A stretch of 62,463 bases of DNA, counting the filler, from Choristocarpus tenellus KU-1152 (lineage: Eukaryota > Protista > Phaeophyceae), in the NCBI GenBank assembly GCA_964200185.2. It is 11 parts of 11 records of this genome, joined end to end, with 100 filler letters (N's around TTAATTAATTAA, not from the genome) between each part and the next. Parts side by side here need not be neighbours in the genome. Positions count along the whole stretch, not along the records: positions 4,258 to 25,494 come from CAXNAD020000357.1; positions 25,595 to 29,234 come from CAXNAD020018791.1; 9 more parts are not named here. One strand, 5' to 3'. The position numbers and the translations under genes are program-made. The notes beneath the pieces were generated by a model, which was given only the letters and a program-made list of their open reading frames with translations, made no database searches and had not been told where the DNA came from. Positions within the stretch are counted from its first letter, which is position 1. The number at the start of each line of letters is the position of its first letter. Of the stretch, positions 11,901-25,872 are shown piece by piece.

Positions 11901-14544
11901 TTGGAAGGTGTGCGAGACATCCCTCCCACACCCAAGCTCCCTGCTCCTCCTCCAGGATCCGTATATCCTCTCTCCTCCTCCTTTGTTGCCTTAATCTGCA
12001 AATAATGAGAGGGGGAGGGATACCCGAATGTTAAATCAACAATTGGCTAACCTGACTTTATTTGTTGGACTACAGTACGAGAAATTATGCATTGCACAAA
12101 CTGGTTTGCCTGTGTTGATAGTAGCTAACTGCAGCTGAATGTGTAGTCTCCCTTCACATGTCATGCCAATGATACCTTGCAGTGAGAATCCACCTATGAC
12201 AAGCACTGTGAAAAAGTAGTTGTATTGTACTTATAATGAAAAGGGGGGTGGTCTGGTTTTTGTGAGTGTAGCCTTTGCCCCCTCTTCTCCACCAAGACAC
12301 CCATGGAGAGAGTAGCACCTGTAGTGTCCTTCCCTGCTCAAGTGTTGTGGGTAATGCAACACAATGTAACAACTGTGTGCGGTGCAATTGATCAGGAAGG
12401 CTTAGAGTGACTTCTCTCACCAATTCTGAACAGATAAAGGTCAAAACAAAAAATGGCATCGGCCTTTAATGAGATTGATCTGGATCTAGGCTCAATACTA
12501 TTCTCTGAATAGGTTTTGCCCAGATTTTAATCTAACAATCAACTCTATATTTACGTGCCAAGAAAGTCTGGAAAAGTAAAATGCGAATAGGTCATCCTGG
12601 AGTGCTTAAGGTAGAGCTTTACAACACTATTTGGACAAAATGCACAGCAATGTAGATCTCCAGGAGTGTAACGATACGTGGAGAGCGATTTATTGATAGT
12701 GTTGTATTGCTTGTACCATATGCAATTTGAAGTTTGGTCAATGAAACCTTCACTGTTGATGCTAGATCTCATCCTCCATGGTGAGTCATATGATCATCTA
12801 TTGCCCAGAGCTATTGGTTTGAATTTGGGCCCTCAAAGTATTACGATCTCAACAAGTTTGCAATACTTGAATCTGTACACAGCTGTTGGAATCACGCCAG
12901 GAGAAGAGGGATGAGGAGTTGGAGAATACACAAAGAGGATGTTCAGAAGGGTAGCCTTAGGGAGAAAGGCAACAGACCTTGTCCTGGATCTCCCTTGCCA
13001 TCTGCTCCCTATCCTCTCTCTGTCTTTCAAAAAGGGATCCCCACCGGCGAAGATTTAGATCGGATTGTGCCTTTATTGTGAGGAGGAAGGTACAGGTCGA
13101 GGTAACCTTTGGTGTATGGAAATAATCTTTGAGGCACTGCACCATATAATACTCTGCTCTACACTCTTTACTGTGGTGCAATTAACATCGTGTTGTGATG
13201 ATTCCATCCTACTTTAATTGTGAAGTTTACACAGTGGTTAAGTAATTGCTAATGCACTACAGCAGTACATATATAATTGAGTTGTTATCAGAAATGTAAT
13301 TAAGGTCGTATTTTGCTACCTGTTGTGAATCTGATGATACACCAATGCAACTTCTAGTAGCCCACGTCAATGATATCACTAGAGTATTTCAAAGCACCCC
13401 AGATTAACAGGTTGTTCCTCGTAGTTGCTTCACTGCCTTGCACATATAATTGCTCCTATTACAGTGTAAGTGTATTTCAGCACAAACTCAATTTAGGAGG
13501 TAGCACTCAGGTGTGTGTCTAAAGATCCTCAGATTGTAAAATCTAACTTTTGAACATACAGCTGTGTTGTGTGGTTACTTCACCCGAGTGTGTGCCTTTA
13601 TTTCCCTCGCCATGAGAGTCTCTATCCGTTTCTCTAGCTGTGGTGAAAACCCTTCCTGGTAAGAGGCACAAGAGTCGAGATTAAAGAACACAAGAATTCA
13701 AGCCAAAACACTTTTTGCATTGTGGTGAAGTCGGAGCTGCATATGTCAAATCTGCATTATAACCCCTGTTGTCGATCTGATTTGATGCGTATGAGTATCA
13801 GACGGATAACACTTGTTGAAATCAGTATGTTGCATGAAACAAGCTCATCTGTGATCAGTAATAGACTCATCAGGAGAACACAACAGGGTCGAGCTCCAGA
13901 GGCCCCGCACTCTGCAGACTTGCATGTTGAGACATAAACTCCTCCCTGTGCATTAGTTCCAGCAGTTGCCTCGTGAAAGATGATTCCATCTGTTCGGTTA
14001 TATTTAGGAGTATGTCAGGAGAATATACGGCAGTAAAACGTCAACGTGGTCGAGAGATCGATAGGAGATTGGAGCTCATGAAGACTGTGAAAGAAGCGTA
14101 AGTGGTGATCCGATAACTATTATCTGTACACCCCAGGGATTCAGTGACATCTCTTATAACTTCTTGTGAGTAAAATAGAATTGTCCTGCATTATTGCTTG
14201 TACACATAAGAAAAACCGGTTATGAGAGAATAAGCACTTTACCGGGTTGCTTTCGATGTCGACCTCGAGTCGAGTTTGTTGCTGCTTGTGAGTCAACTGT
14301 GATGAGACGCAGGGATTGAAGAAGTTACATGTGTAATGGTGGGGGTGGGGCTTGAGTTGAGAATATGATATTATACACAATGGAACATGCTTGCCTCCTT
14401 CATTTTTTGAATAGCTTTGCATAGGCGATAGTTAACCTTAATTTCCTCAAGCTTTGCGCGACAGTCAAAGTAATGAAGGGATCGGTTGATTGTCCATTCC
14501 ACACCTGAAGGTTTTCTAGCCTCTGGAGTAACCTTGGCATCCAT
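8961..14544 (-). CDS. Hypothetical coiled-coil protein with an RG-rich low-complexity segment (8 exons, apparently complete)
   Basis: Phase-0 exons 14544-14437, 13989-13924 (GC donor CAT|GCAAGT), 13655-13596 (or to 13584), 13070-12978, 11995-11894, 11022-10849, 10025-9510, 9080-8961 (TAA). Reads MDAKVTPEARKP...MESSFTRQLLELM...ETNWAEYERFNLNNAFQLQLRKLEMDWSVHEEKMQQEF...KKPEV*. The first exon is least certain. Confidence 0.7.
10243..10322. repeat. (ATGT)n microsatellite
   Basis: Imperfect atgt run inside an intron. Confidence 0.9.
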
Positions 14545-14805
14545 GCTTCACAATCTAGTGGCATAGACCTTACAATCCCAGAAGCGGTGAATTCGTGAAC
14601 TGGATACCTCAGTCCCTTGGTTCACGGAGGTGCAATGGCGCGTCACGAAGAGTACCTCGAATTTGAGAGATACCTATTTCTATTTTTATTTTATACTTCC
14701 GTAACAACAGTTACGTTTCATACGATACCTTCGACTTGAAGAAGGCTCACGGAAAAGTCAAACTTTGACCCATTTCCTTCGGGGAACTGGGTTACTGACC
14801 ATACC
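14545..14805. promoter_or_regulatory. Probable bidirectional promoter
   Basis: About 260 bp between two divergent predicted ATGs (14544 on minus, 14806 on plus); CpG-richer than the neighbouring introns. Confidence 0.45.
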
Positions 14806-17800
14806 ATGCCATCTTTTCTGTCTGCCGCCACATCGCGTCTGGGCTCGAGCCTCGTTGGTCGAGTAATTGGCATCAATTCTAATGACGATCCCAGTGCCAA
14901 TCATGACAATGGTCGGGGATCAGAGAGGGCAAAGGAGACAATCAACTTCCAGCATCAGATTGGCGAAGAGCCCTACACTCCTCGTCCCGGATCTCCAGGA
15001 TTTCAGAGCGGGCAATGGGTGCTCGCAAGGCCGAAATTAGCCACCTCAATAATCTATCAGCGTGAGAGGAGCCCTGGTATTGGGGCTCCCTCTGTAGGAC
15101 TTGAGGATATCCGACCTGGTACGCAAGGTTCCTCTTTCCGTCCAAGCACAAGAGCATCCACTCCTTGGACAAGAGGGTCCTCGAGGAAGGTCGGACAAAT
15201 ATGTGACTGGGGGGAAGATTGTTTCGTCGATGAGGAGAGCGAGGGATATTATGAGGACGACGATGAAGCTTTTCCAGAGGTGAGGCGAAGACGCACCATC
15301 AAGAAAAGTAATACTTAGAAGTATTCCTGAGTACCACAGGCTACAGTAAACGCTCTGTGCTATTAGAAGGTGAGACACATGAAATCTATTCATGATCACT
15401 CTACAGAGACGAGTACGCGTTTCCTTAGTATCGCACTTCTGAGAAAGGAATTAAGGGATCGTCAGAGTAACATGGAGTCATTGAGTACTATCTACCAATG
15501 GTCTTGTCAAGTACCGCCCAAAATAGCTATAAACATAATGGTGCTGAGGTGTGACTACCGCCTGTGCTACATTTGGGTTCTCGAGAGTAGGGATACCTTG
15601 AGTCAACGTCCTATATCTCATCAAACAGGACGCTGTGGTAAACCCTCTCGTGAATAATCCTGCCTTGGACGACGTGCTGCCTTACACTGAAGACCTTTAC
15701 CGTGTAATAGCCTTACCTCGTGATGCGGACCCAGCACGTCTGAGGTTCACCAAGAGGAATGCAACAGCCGCGGCTGGTGCAATAGCCAACATCTGTGCAT
15801 TGCCTGACCTCAACACAAATAAGCAGCCTCCTATGACCAGCCGAATTGGGGAGGTAGCAGCAACAGATCTTGGCCATGGGGCGCGAATACTTCTCAAGTG
15901 AGCAATTCTGAGGCTCAGTTTGCTCAACCACCTTTCTTACACAGCTCACACAATTTTTGGAGAGATATCTAGGGCATTGTAAGATAGTCATTGGCTGTCT
16001 ACAGGTGCATAAGTTGCCCACATATGTTGTTGAGATTACTCCTGGATAGAGGAAATGTTATGGTGTGGAATAAATTTAGCCTCTGTTGCCCTGGACTTGT
16101 CTTCATTCACATTATCGAACCCCAACCACACACAATATTCCATGTGTAGTATTTCATCCAAACAACTCTATCTAGCTGCTTAGAAAATAGCTCATGAGCA
16201 ATATAGGAACCTTGAGCTTAGAGCTGAAAATATGTGGTCCTTGTTCGTGCCCATTCCCTTCCCTTCATACTGTTATTAAAAAGGAAAAAGAAATACATTG
16301 TTGACTAGGAAAGTGTTCAGCAGCATTAATGGGGGGCCCTTGGCACTAGGCACTGAAATATCCACATTTTTCTTTTGTTTCAAATATTCCAGCTTTGTGT
16401 ACACTTATAACTAAAATACTTTAAGCAATTTGTTCCAGTTTAAGGACATCCCAGGACACTCTGCAAGAGGAGCTTCTTTCTGCTGGAGATCACACGTTTG
16501 TTGCAGGTGCACCCACCATAATACTTAGTGATATCCCAATTTCCTTGCTTTATCTTAATCAGGAATCTGTAACAGAAGGATCCATTCATCCCTAGAGAAG
16601 CTCCACAAGGAAAGACACAATTTTCATTCCTTTAACTACAATGTAACCTATTTCTTCGCTCCACATAAAATAATAATAGTAATAATAAACATGAATGTTT
16701 ACCAAGATCATAATTAATTCATATTTAATTTCAAGCAAACGCAGCAGGGATTTGTGCTCCAGCAAGTCTACCCAGCCCAGCCTAACCCCATGCTAACGAT
16801 GCTGTTGTCCTATGACTCCAACCTATCATGGCTTCAGACTCCTAGAGGACCAATGGACAGACAAGCTGCGAATCAAGGCAACTGAGGCCCTCTGGAAAGC
16901 TCTTGCCTTCCGAGACGTCAGAGATCGCATCCATGAGGATTGCACCAACACAGCGTTGTCGCCCCTGGTGGAACTGCTACGAGACTTGTTCATCATGAAA
17001 GAAACCAACTGCAACCATGGTAGGGATCAGCACAGAGGGGAAAGAACTGGGCACAATAATCAGAGGGGATATGAGCATGGAAAACTTCCAAAAAGGTCAC
17101 TTTCACAGGTAATGGAATACACATCATCTTATTAGACAAGTAAATTTCATTGCAATGCAAGTGGGACAGAGGAGGCCAGGGTGCCTAGCTATCTGGGACG
17201 AAAAAGGCCAAGAGTATCCGATGTTGTTGTGCTGCAGTCCACCTAAGATTACATGCCTGCCCATTCATTGTGCTGGTGATGGCGAGAATATTTTCCACAC
17301 ACTGCTACACTTTGTCTCGCTCTCTCTATGAGCATTTTGGCTGCAGAGTAGCAGACAATAGCTGCTCTTTGAAACCATTATTGTATGTGTTGTAGACTAA
17401 TGTGGTAATCTATGTTGGTTTGACTTCTTTTTACTCATGACCTATTTCTAGCTCGATGATATTACAAGATCGGACACACACGCATACATATACACGTAGT
17501 AGCAACCACACACATATACACACAATGCATAGTTCCAGAATATTATGTATGCTAAGGACTCATAGCATTGTAGCAGGGGATGGCCTACTGAGGGACAATC
17601 TCCATTCTATAGTGCCAGTGCTGTGACCCCTTTCCTCCTTTTTCTTAAATTCCTCTTGTCCCACCTCTCCTTTTCTGCTCCTATTGTTTGGAATGCTACC
17701 TAGGCCTCAATAAATGCTGCAGCTTGCCTTCGAGTCTTGGCTGTGAGCCCGGACCTAGCAGGGAAGATAGGGGCAGCAGGAGCAGTGCCAGCTCTGATTG

Positions 17801-20800
17801 AGGGCCTGAGGGATGGTACAACAAACATTGTGAAAAGCGTTTGCGGGGGTGAGCCACAGAAGAGACAAACTAGTCTTTTGACCATGAGTTAGTAGTAGTT
17901 GAGGTTCATTTCTTTGCTATTCGTGTCCTATTCTTCCTTACAAACTTGCTGTGATACACAAAGATATCTGCTGCTGATTTTCTCATAGTTACTTGAAGAA
18001 ATACGGACTACATACTTGAAGCCGTTGCACTTACACACTTCTCCACATATGTGGTGACATATCCCTCTAATCATTTCCCACTTATTACCAGTGCACATTG
18101 ACTGTCCAAAAACAGATATTCCTGTGTCCATTGATTGTAGTAATATTACAAAACATTCATATTACGTTTAGTCTGCTACATGTACAGGGTATCCATGTTT
18201 AGTTTGCTAGCATAACACAAACAGCACTGATGTGTGTTCTACCATACCAGATACATGTGATTTTTTTTCATACACATGATATGTGAGCCACAGTAAATGA
18301 GAGGTACTCAGGTTTTGACAGTTTTGCAAATTAAGCCTGTTTTTCAATCTTTTGCAATTCACCAGTATTTCCATCGATGAAGTTTTGAGTTTGACTTGAG
18401 AGCGTATATTTCTCTTTTGTTTGAAAATTTCCTGACACAATTTAGAAAATGTCCTATTCAAATTTGTAAAAAATACCAATTTTCAATCTCCTTTTGAGTA
18501 TCTTTAAAACGCAACTCTGGGTACCTCTCACTTACTTTTACTGTCCATTGCATTGAATTGAGCTTGGGTGTCGACATCTCTCTCCAAACTTTGAAGAGAG
18601 CTCAAGTAAGTATTCCTTTTAAGTAAGTGGTAATATATACAGCAATATAGATAAATGACATATTGACTCTTACAACTTACGGACTTGATTGCACCTCCAA
18701 TGAACAAATCTTGTGGTTGAGTCTAAGATTTAGGTTTGCTGTCAGGTGCACTTGGTCTCTTGTTGCAAAACGTTTTTGTGTCAGATTAAGTACAATTCTG
18801 AATGATAGAAAATTGAATCCAGGACTGACTAGGGCCTACACTACTCTTGGATAGCTTGCACAAAAAGCAATCAGAAGGTTGAAAATTGTACACTTGGCGC
18901 TTCAAAATGCCACTGTTTTCATTGGTACATAGCTCAGTGACACATGTGTGGAAGTATCAACACTGCATATAAGAGCATCCCAAGCATCAACAAGCACCAT
19001 CTTTTTCAGACTGGACGCCATCTATTCTATCCCTCTCACTCCAATTTAATCTTTTTTGACCTACATTGTTGACACTTACTCCTCCTGAGAAGGCTGTCTA
19101 GCAAGCCTTGCAATGTCCAAGGAGATCTGCCTGGATATGGTTCACTTTGGAGTCATTCCGCTCCTTGTTAAGCTTGTCCGGTCAGGGGATGCACTATGTG
19201 AGGTAAGACATTCCCAAATGCCTGAGTGCACACAAATCCTGCGAAAGAATGACTTTTATTGTATGGCCACCTTCACCTTTTTCAGCATTCATTTGTGAGA
19301 AGGATTTGAAATATATATATTTTTACCAAACCTTGACCAGCACTGACTAAGCTGTTCAATACAATTTGATCCAGTTGTTGCCCTCTACAGCTATCTTTTC
19401 GCTCCCTTCTGGTTGTACAACTAGATCAAGTTTATCATAACTGGCCAAGTGCCAATCCCTTCATGCCAAGAACCACACCAGCACCACAATCGGTACCGCA
19501 TGCACTCGGTTCTCTGCCATACCTCCTAGTTACACAACAGCACCAGCAACAGCAAGTGACATCAGGGAGGAAATGTATCGATTTTCGAGTCCAGCATCAA
19601 AGCTACTGCTGCTGCAAGGTGTTAAGCACCTGTGGGGTCAAAAACAGCTGCAGTACACCCAAACCAATAAGATGTTTAGGTTGTGCAGTTGTGGCACAAT
19701 GCGACACTTAGAACTAAACAGGAAAGATTTAATCTTATATTGTATTCAATATACCTATGGACCCTACCTAGTACTTCTAGGACAAGGTAGGCAAGGGATA
19801 CAGCCATTTGCTCCTACTTACTAAACACGCCTTCCATTGACTGACAAACCTAGCATCCTTCCCACAAGATCAATGCGTTCATGTGTGCTAAGTAGTGAAT
19901 GTGTACAACTCCTGTCCTCCATACACTTGGCACATTAGTTGGCAGGCTGGGGGACATTGCAAGTGGTGATGTGTATCCAGGAGGCAAGGCAGCTGTTCAT
20001 AGATGCTGGAGGCATTGGTGATCTTGAGGTCGTTCTCATCAAGGTTGCAAAGGAATAGTGGTGTACTGGAACGAGTATGGTGGGATCCGCACTGATATTT
20101 TCAATTGATGATCACTAATTGGAGAACCTCACGAGTGCTTGTATTTTGAGCAACTGTAAAACATCAAAATGACGGTCTCTTGATTGCCTGACTAACAGGA
20201 AAATAGCGTGGGCTCCACTGTGTATGAAAGAGGGCCAATCTAGGACGTGGGTAAGGTTTTGTTGGTGCATAAGTTCACCCTCGAACTACATACTCAGTAA
20301 TTCCATGCAGATTGATATGATTGCTTTCGCAGTCAACACCCCTTAAACACTAAGATGACCTCAAGGGTGAGGGCCAAAACAGGGTAATCCGCGGAAGGGT
20401 TGAGACCAAAACATTGGAGGGAGATATTGAGCTTTCTTCTAACCTTATTGGCCGGTAGTCTGACCTTTCCACCATTGCCTTCCTATTATAAGATAAACAG
20501 TATTGGATATAAGAGAGTCGTGGGCATATAGCAATCAAGAAGTTTTGGCTAAATGCTGTTGCCAGCATTGCTGATCTGTAGTAGTGCTGCTAGCATATCC
20601 GCCTGTATGTTTTTGCCTCACTCTTTTGCCCCCTCTTTTCTCTCATTGTTCTTACTCTCTTTCCCATTTCCCAATTATTTGGGCGAGGGGTGCTATTGGT
20701 AACGGGTTGTTGCTCGGGGGCAAGGTAGGATCCTGGCGAGGAAGGTGTGCAGCATAGCATTATTGTGTGTCAGGAGAGAGCCACACAGGTGCGTAACTAC

Positions 20801-23800
20801 AGTCAATAGTAACATCAACAGTAAAATCAAGAGTTATATCAAAAGGAAAGACCCAAGATTTACCAAAGAGTAACAGCAACAATACACCAATTACAACAGT
20901 AACTTGAGGTTTGTTTTGAATGTGAAGAGGTTTACAGTTTAGTCGGCGGCACAGTGTGGCCATGAGAGGAACCTGCAACAGTATGTTGGGTTAATCATAT
21001 TGGTTTGGTGATATATCTCATACTACAATGCCAAGCCTTACCCAAACCTCCCTATTTTGTTGGCCACAGTCTGCAATTTCTATGTATTTATATCTATGAC
21101 AAAATCGCCGGTTTGGTGCTTTTTGAATAATCAATTCTATTTATGGCGAATATAGTATGAAAGTCAACATGTACATCAATATGTCACCAACAATATACAG
21201 TAACACAAATCGCATGTTGAGTCAATAGTATCCAGTCCCCCTGTCAACTCTCCTACTCAATCAATTTTTGCACCAGAGCGAAACTGTTGAAGATGGGGGT
21301 TAATATTTGGCTATTTTGAGTTCCAAAACCTTTAAAACGTTTTTGAAAACTTGTGCAATATACACCATGGCCGTGCCTGAAGAGCAGTTAACCCCCTTGG
21401 GAGGGCGTGGCTGTGGAAGAGAACATTAGTCGTGAATTCAATGTTAGTTATAACGCCTTCATGGTGGTCAAAATATATGTATCAGGAAGCACTCATAGAG
21501 ACCGTAAGAATCATCAATAATCCTCTCTTAGATGGCATGACTCGTCATGCAGGGCTATTTTCTAGAGCCAATCTCAACTGTTCACGGAGATTTCGACTCT
21601 TGCACTCTTCTGCCCAGATCTACTTGGAATGATATTCATCTATTGCTAGAGTCTCTAAGATCTCGGGAGGGTGAAAGGTTGTATGGAAAAGTTTTGTAGT
21701 AATTGTGCTGATCACCGAGACTGGAGGATATTACCCACAACGAGTATGGTTCACAATAGTTCTAAACCCATCACCTACAATGTTAGAGGGGTATTTTTAC
21801 CCTAACCCTATCTTGGAGACGCTAAGCATGCACTAGATCTCCACCAGCTCAATATTATTTTCTACTCCCTTCCCTGCTCCTCCCTCCCTCTTGGACACAC
21901 ATGTACTATCTCTCAACTGTACCCCAAAAGAGACTGAAGGCCAATAGGCTCTTGCAAGAATATAATGTTTCCCTCTAGTTGCCAACCATTAGATCTTATC
22001 CACTGCTGAATGTTTGCATTTCTCATTGTCCTGTCATCTTCAAGGTACTCCTCCATCTCTGCAAGGTCAACCATGACAAGAAAAGTGAAATCTCGTTTTC
22101 TGAGCAGCTTGTTAGAGCTGTGTTGAACCAACTGGAGTGGGGTACTGACATTTCCTGCGAAAATGCGGCCAAGGTGCCATTAAAGCCCGTTCACAGTGGA
22201 GGCCATTTACAAGCACACAAACGTTTGGCATTTGTTCTGAGGAAAAGCATTGTGATTACTCTGGATTATTTACATTTTAGTATTCTGATTTGTATTGTCA
22301 TTAGTATCATTGCATCACATTATTAGGGGATTATCCCGACTCGTGGTCAGAGGCACAAGGCACTGCACTAGTTCTCATACAATAAATAACTACTGACTAA
22401 CTGTTCTTTCATCACGACAAATTGTGCTGGCTCTGTTCTTGCCTTGCTTCTTGCATATTGTGTCAGGCATAGGGCACTCATCTCTACTCAGAAGACCCAT
22501 TTTGACTTCAGAATAACTTTTTGACAAACCATTTAGCCCTACCGTCCTTGTGGATATCCTTTTGTTGGTTGGAGTGAACTAAGTTGCTAGTGTATGCCTC
22601 TGGAACACCACACACGGAGCTTTCAGACACAGTGACGACTCTCCGAAGGGCATGCAGGTGTCATGACATGCTTTTACCTATTCCCTCGTTGCCACTTACA
22701 CCCACAAAAGGTCCTGTGCTGCACTTGGCAGAAACTGTCAAGAGAGTGTGTTGATGGTACCATACCTTGGATATTGGATATGCTGGACACTCATGTGTGG
22801 AAACTTAATACTGCAGCTGCTCAGGTCTGTAGCTTATCTAATTACAATCATCCATGCGCAGCTACAATATTTGATCCATGTATCTATCGTGTCTCCTGGA
22901 TACTTGAGGTTCCGTGGAGGAGGGAGCTCTGCCTCGTACCACATTTTGACTTGGATATCAATGAAGAGTCAAAGTATTGTAGAGGGTAGAGCTGAGTCTG
23001 TTTGGGGGCAAAAGGTCGATGTTCCAATTTAGATGTAATTTTGGCTATCGTGTTTGTTAGGGGGTGTCAATATCCTTGTTGCGGACACAACATTTACTAA
23101 CTTCTGCATTTGACCTACTCCGAAACATTTTGGAGTAGGGAAATGTCATAAAAAAAACAGTGGAATGCCAAGCCCTTAAAGCCCCAGAAACTCTTCATCC
23201 ATAAATTATGTGGATGAAATGCAGCCATAAAGAAAATTCCTGCCCTGTTGAACTACAGCTCCAAACCGTCACACCCAACATGTTCACTCTTGTGGTATTA
23301 GGAATGGAAGAGACAACTGCTATGCAGTAGTTTTGTTTACATAGGTCATTTCTGCCTACTGGTCAATGAATTGGCCTTATTTGCTATCTATGCATAGACT
23401 CTTGTATGTTAAATATTGTGCTTATACCCCAATTCTAATTCTGTGCAATCCTATGTAACCGCGAGATATCGTCAAGCTTTCATAACTAAGACAAGCCCTT
23501 TTTACAACCTAGAAGGGTGCTCCTATTGTCTAGTCCAATTTGCTCGACGAATCCTATTGTAGGAGTATTTCCATATTCAGAATCATCCATGTGGATTCAT
23601 CCCACCTCTGTCCCCTCTTCCCATCAATACCTCTTGGCAAACCCATCCTAATGCAGATCAACCCACTCTCTCGCGCCGCCCCTCTTCAACATATAGGGAA
23701 TACCTGTCAAGGTGTGTGTGTGTTTGCAAGCATCATTATTCCATTTAAGATACACTCCTGGGTTATTTTGTTCTTTTATCGCAGGTTATATTGCAGGTGT

Positions 23801-24393
23801 ACATGGAGGATAGCCAGAGACTTTCTTGTGCAGTCTCGGGGGGGGTCAATCTTCTGTTACAGATGCTTGTACAAAGATCTCACAACATGCAGGTAGAGCC
23901 TAGAGATTGTCGCTTTAAGATATTGCACTGTGTGGATCGACCTGTGCGCAAGGGGAGGCCAGAAATATTGTGTGGAGTTGTAGAGTCCATCACACCCAAC
24001 ACTGCACATAGAATGTGTGCTTCAGATTGTTATACTTCGAAGTAGTTTCTTTTCTGTTAACTCATCGCAGGGAGTGAGGGGTAGGCATCACTGTGTCTGA
24101 CAGGATTTAAAATAAAAAATGACGATAACACAACGGAGAGCAACAAGAGTACTACCGCTTCCCACACTTGATTCCTTTCGGACAACAACAAATCCTGTGA
24201 ACTCAGCTGTCTACTAACATTCTATGCTGTTATCCTTACCTGTTGGTCAACCTGTTACCCACAATTAGGGCAGTACTCTCGCAGCCTTATTGAATCTTTG
24301 TGATCATCCAGATGTCCCCAGCATAGTGGTGGAGGCAGGTGGCATGCCCATTCTAGCCAACTATCTCACCACATGTCAAGATCAAACAATCAG
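14806..24393 (+). CDS. Armadillo (ARM)-repeat protein with a disordered N-terminus; 3' end unresolved
   Basis: Phase-consistent exons 14806-15279, 15629-15897, 16439-16506, 16861-17108, 17704-17848, 19093-19202, 19939-20043, (possible exon near 21553), 22045-22173, 22711-22824, 23785-23892, 24269-24393. ARM-like segments: AAACLRVLAVSPDLAGKIGAAGAVPALIEGL, MVHFGVIPLLVKLVRSG, TLAALLNLCDHPDVPSIVVEAGGMPILANYL. Confidence 0.8.
22966..23175. mobile_element. MITE family A, truncated copy (other partial copies at ~26563-26662 and ~32925-33082)
   Basis: One TIR (gagtcaaagtattgtagagggtaga) plus internal homology. Confidence 0.75.
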
Positions 24394-25395
24394 GTGACAC
24401 TCTCATTACATAGTGGATTCATTCCCTTGATATGGCACGCCATTTAAGTAGGGGTCCAATTATGAAAGGGTATCTCTCCTCTGCAAGTTAAAAGGAGATG
24501 ATGTAATTCGATAGACAGGGCAGGGTACTGTACGATGGGTGATGTGTCGTACAAGTACAACCAACTTGGTCTGGAATGTGCCTTGAATTGTTTTTCATTT
24601 CAATAGGTTGACTGACTTGGGCGATAATTTTATACTACCCAGTCTTTTTTGTAATCAGTTAGTCATATTGTCAAGTTCTTGCATTGAACACCTTCCTGTG
24701 TGCAGTGGAAAATCGTTTTGGTTCATGCCAACACTGAGACAAGGCGATAGGTACTACAACTGCTGCTGTGTGGGGGTAAAGTGAAAAGTCACATGTTTAT
24801 TGCGGACATTGCAGATCTTTCCCTTTTGATTTGATCAAGGTAGAAACTAACTAGTGTCAGAAGTTCATGCTATCAACTAAGAAGTGAAGGATTCACCTAT
24901 TAAGTGTAGTATCACTAGATCATACTACTAGCAGAAACATGGTCTATGATCTTAAACCAGAAGCAAAATATTTTTTTGGTTCCAGCTGGGCCTCAGTCGT
25001 TCTTTTACTTCCATCCAAACCGTGACAGGTCCAGAGTGTATGTAGTATGGAGTCCGTGGCGTTGCTTCTTTGACGGGTGGGTAGGGCGCCTAGTTTGTGT
25101 GGGAGGAAGTCAGCCAGATTGGCCCAGGCATTTTTGGTCATCATCAATGGGGAGAAGAATCCGATCTTGGTTCCCTGTGTAATTCCTGTTAAACTATATT
25201 TGAGTCTAGACGAGTTTAAACATGGTCTAGAACCATATCAAAGGGAAACATCTGGATTCATCCAGATCATTGTACCCAGCAAATGGTGGTTACAACACGG
25301 AATTTCCCAATAAGTCATATATGTATACAAGTGAATATATCTAAATTCTGTCCTACTTCATCACATGAATCTAAGAGTGAAAATACTAAGGACAA

Positions 25396-25494
25396 GACCC
25401 AAAGTATCTGGAGGGGGGGGGGGGGGGGGGATCCACACCAGGGTGCCCCTTTGGGCAAAAAAAAAAAAAAAAACACTTAAATTATCCATCCGCG
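25396..25494. mobile_element. MITE family B, cut by the contig end (other fragments at 4258-4330, 29335-29494, 33352-33410, 50906-50957, ~57830-57868, 58783-58950, ~62365-62436)
   Basis: gacccaaagtatctgg(g)n..caccagggtg end, as in the full copies. Confidence 0.75.
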
Positions 25495-25814
25495 NNNNNN
25501 NNNNNNNNNNNNNNNNNNNNNNNNNNNNNNNNNNNNNNTTAATTAATTAANNNNNNNNNNNNNNNNNNNNNNNNNNNNNNNNNNNNNNNNNNNNAACGGA
25601 CAAGTACACTTGGGAACAAGTTACCACAAAAAAAAAAACCTCCCTCTCCCTACAATATAACATTTTTTTTTTTTAACTCGTCTCAAAAGAAAAAAGAAAC
25701 AAGACCAGCGCTCTACTAAAAGCAACACAATGTGCAGCCTACTATCAAATATTAAATCAACCTAAACAGTACAGGCAATAACATAATAGCACGATATCCT
25801 TGCTTCCTTCTCAC

Positions 25815-25840
25815 CTTCCTCGGCGCCTCTCCTCATCCCG

Positions 25841-25872
<32 letters not shown>

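Noticed and set aside
17890-18950. AT-rich, broken ORF-like stretch on the minus strand inside an ARM-gene intron
   Set aside because: Probably an old transposon remnant, but no termini or diagnostic motif were found.
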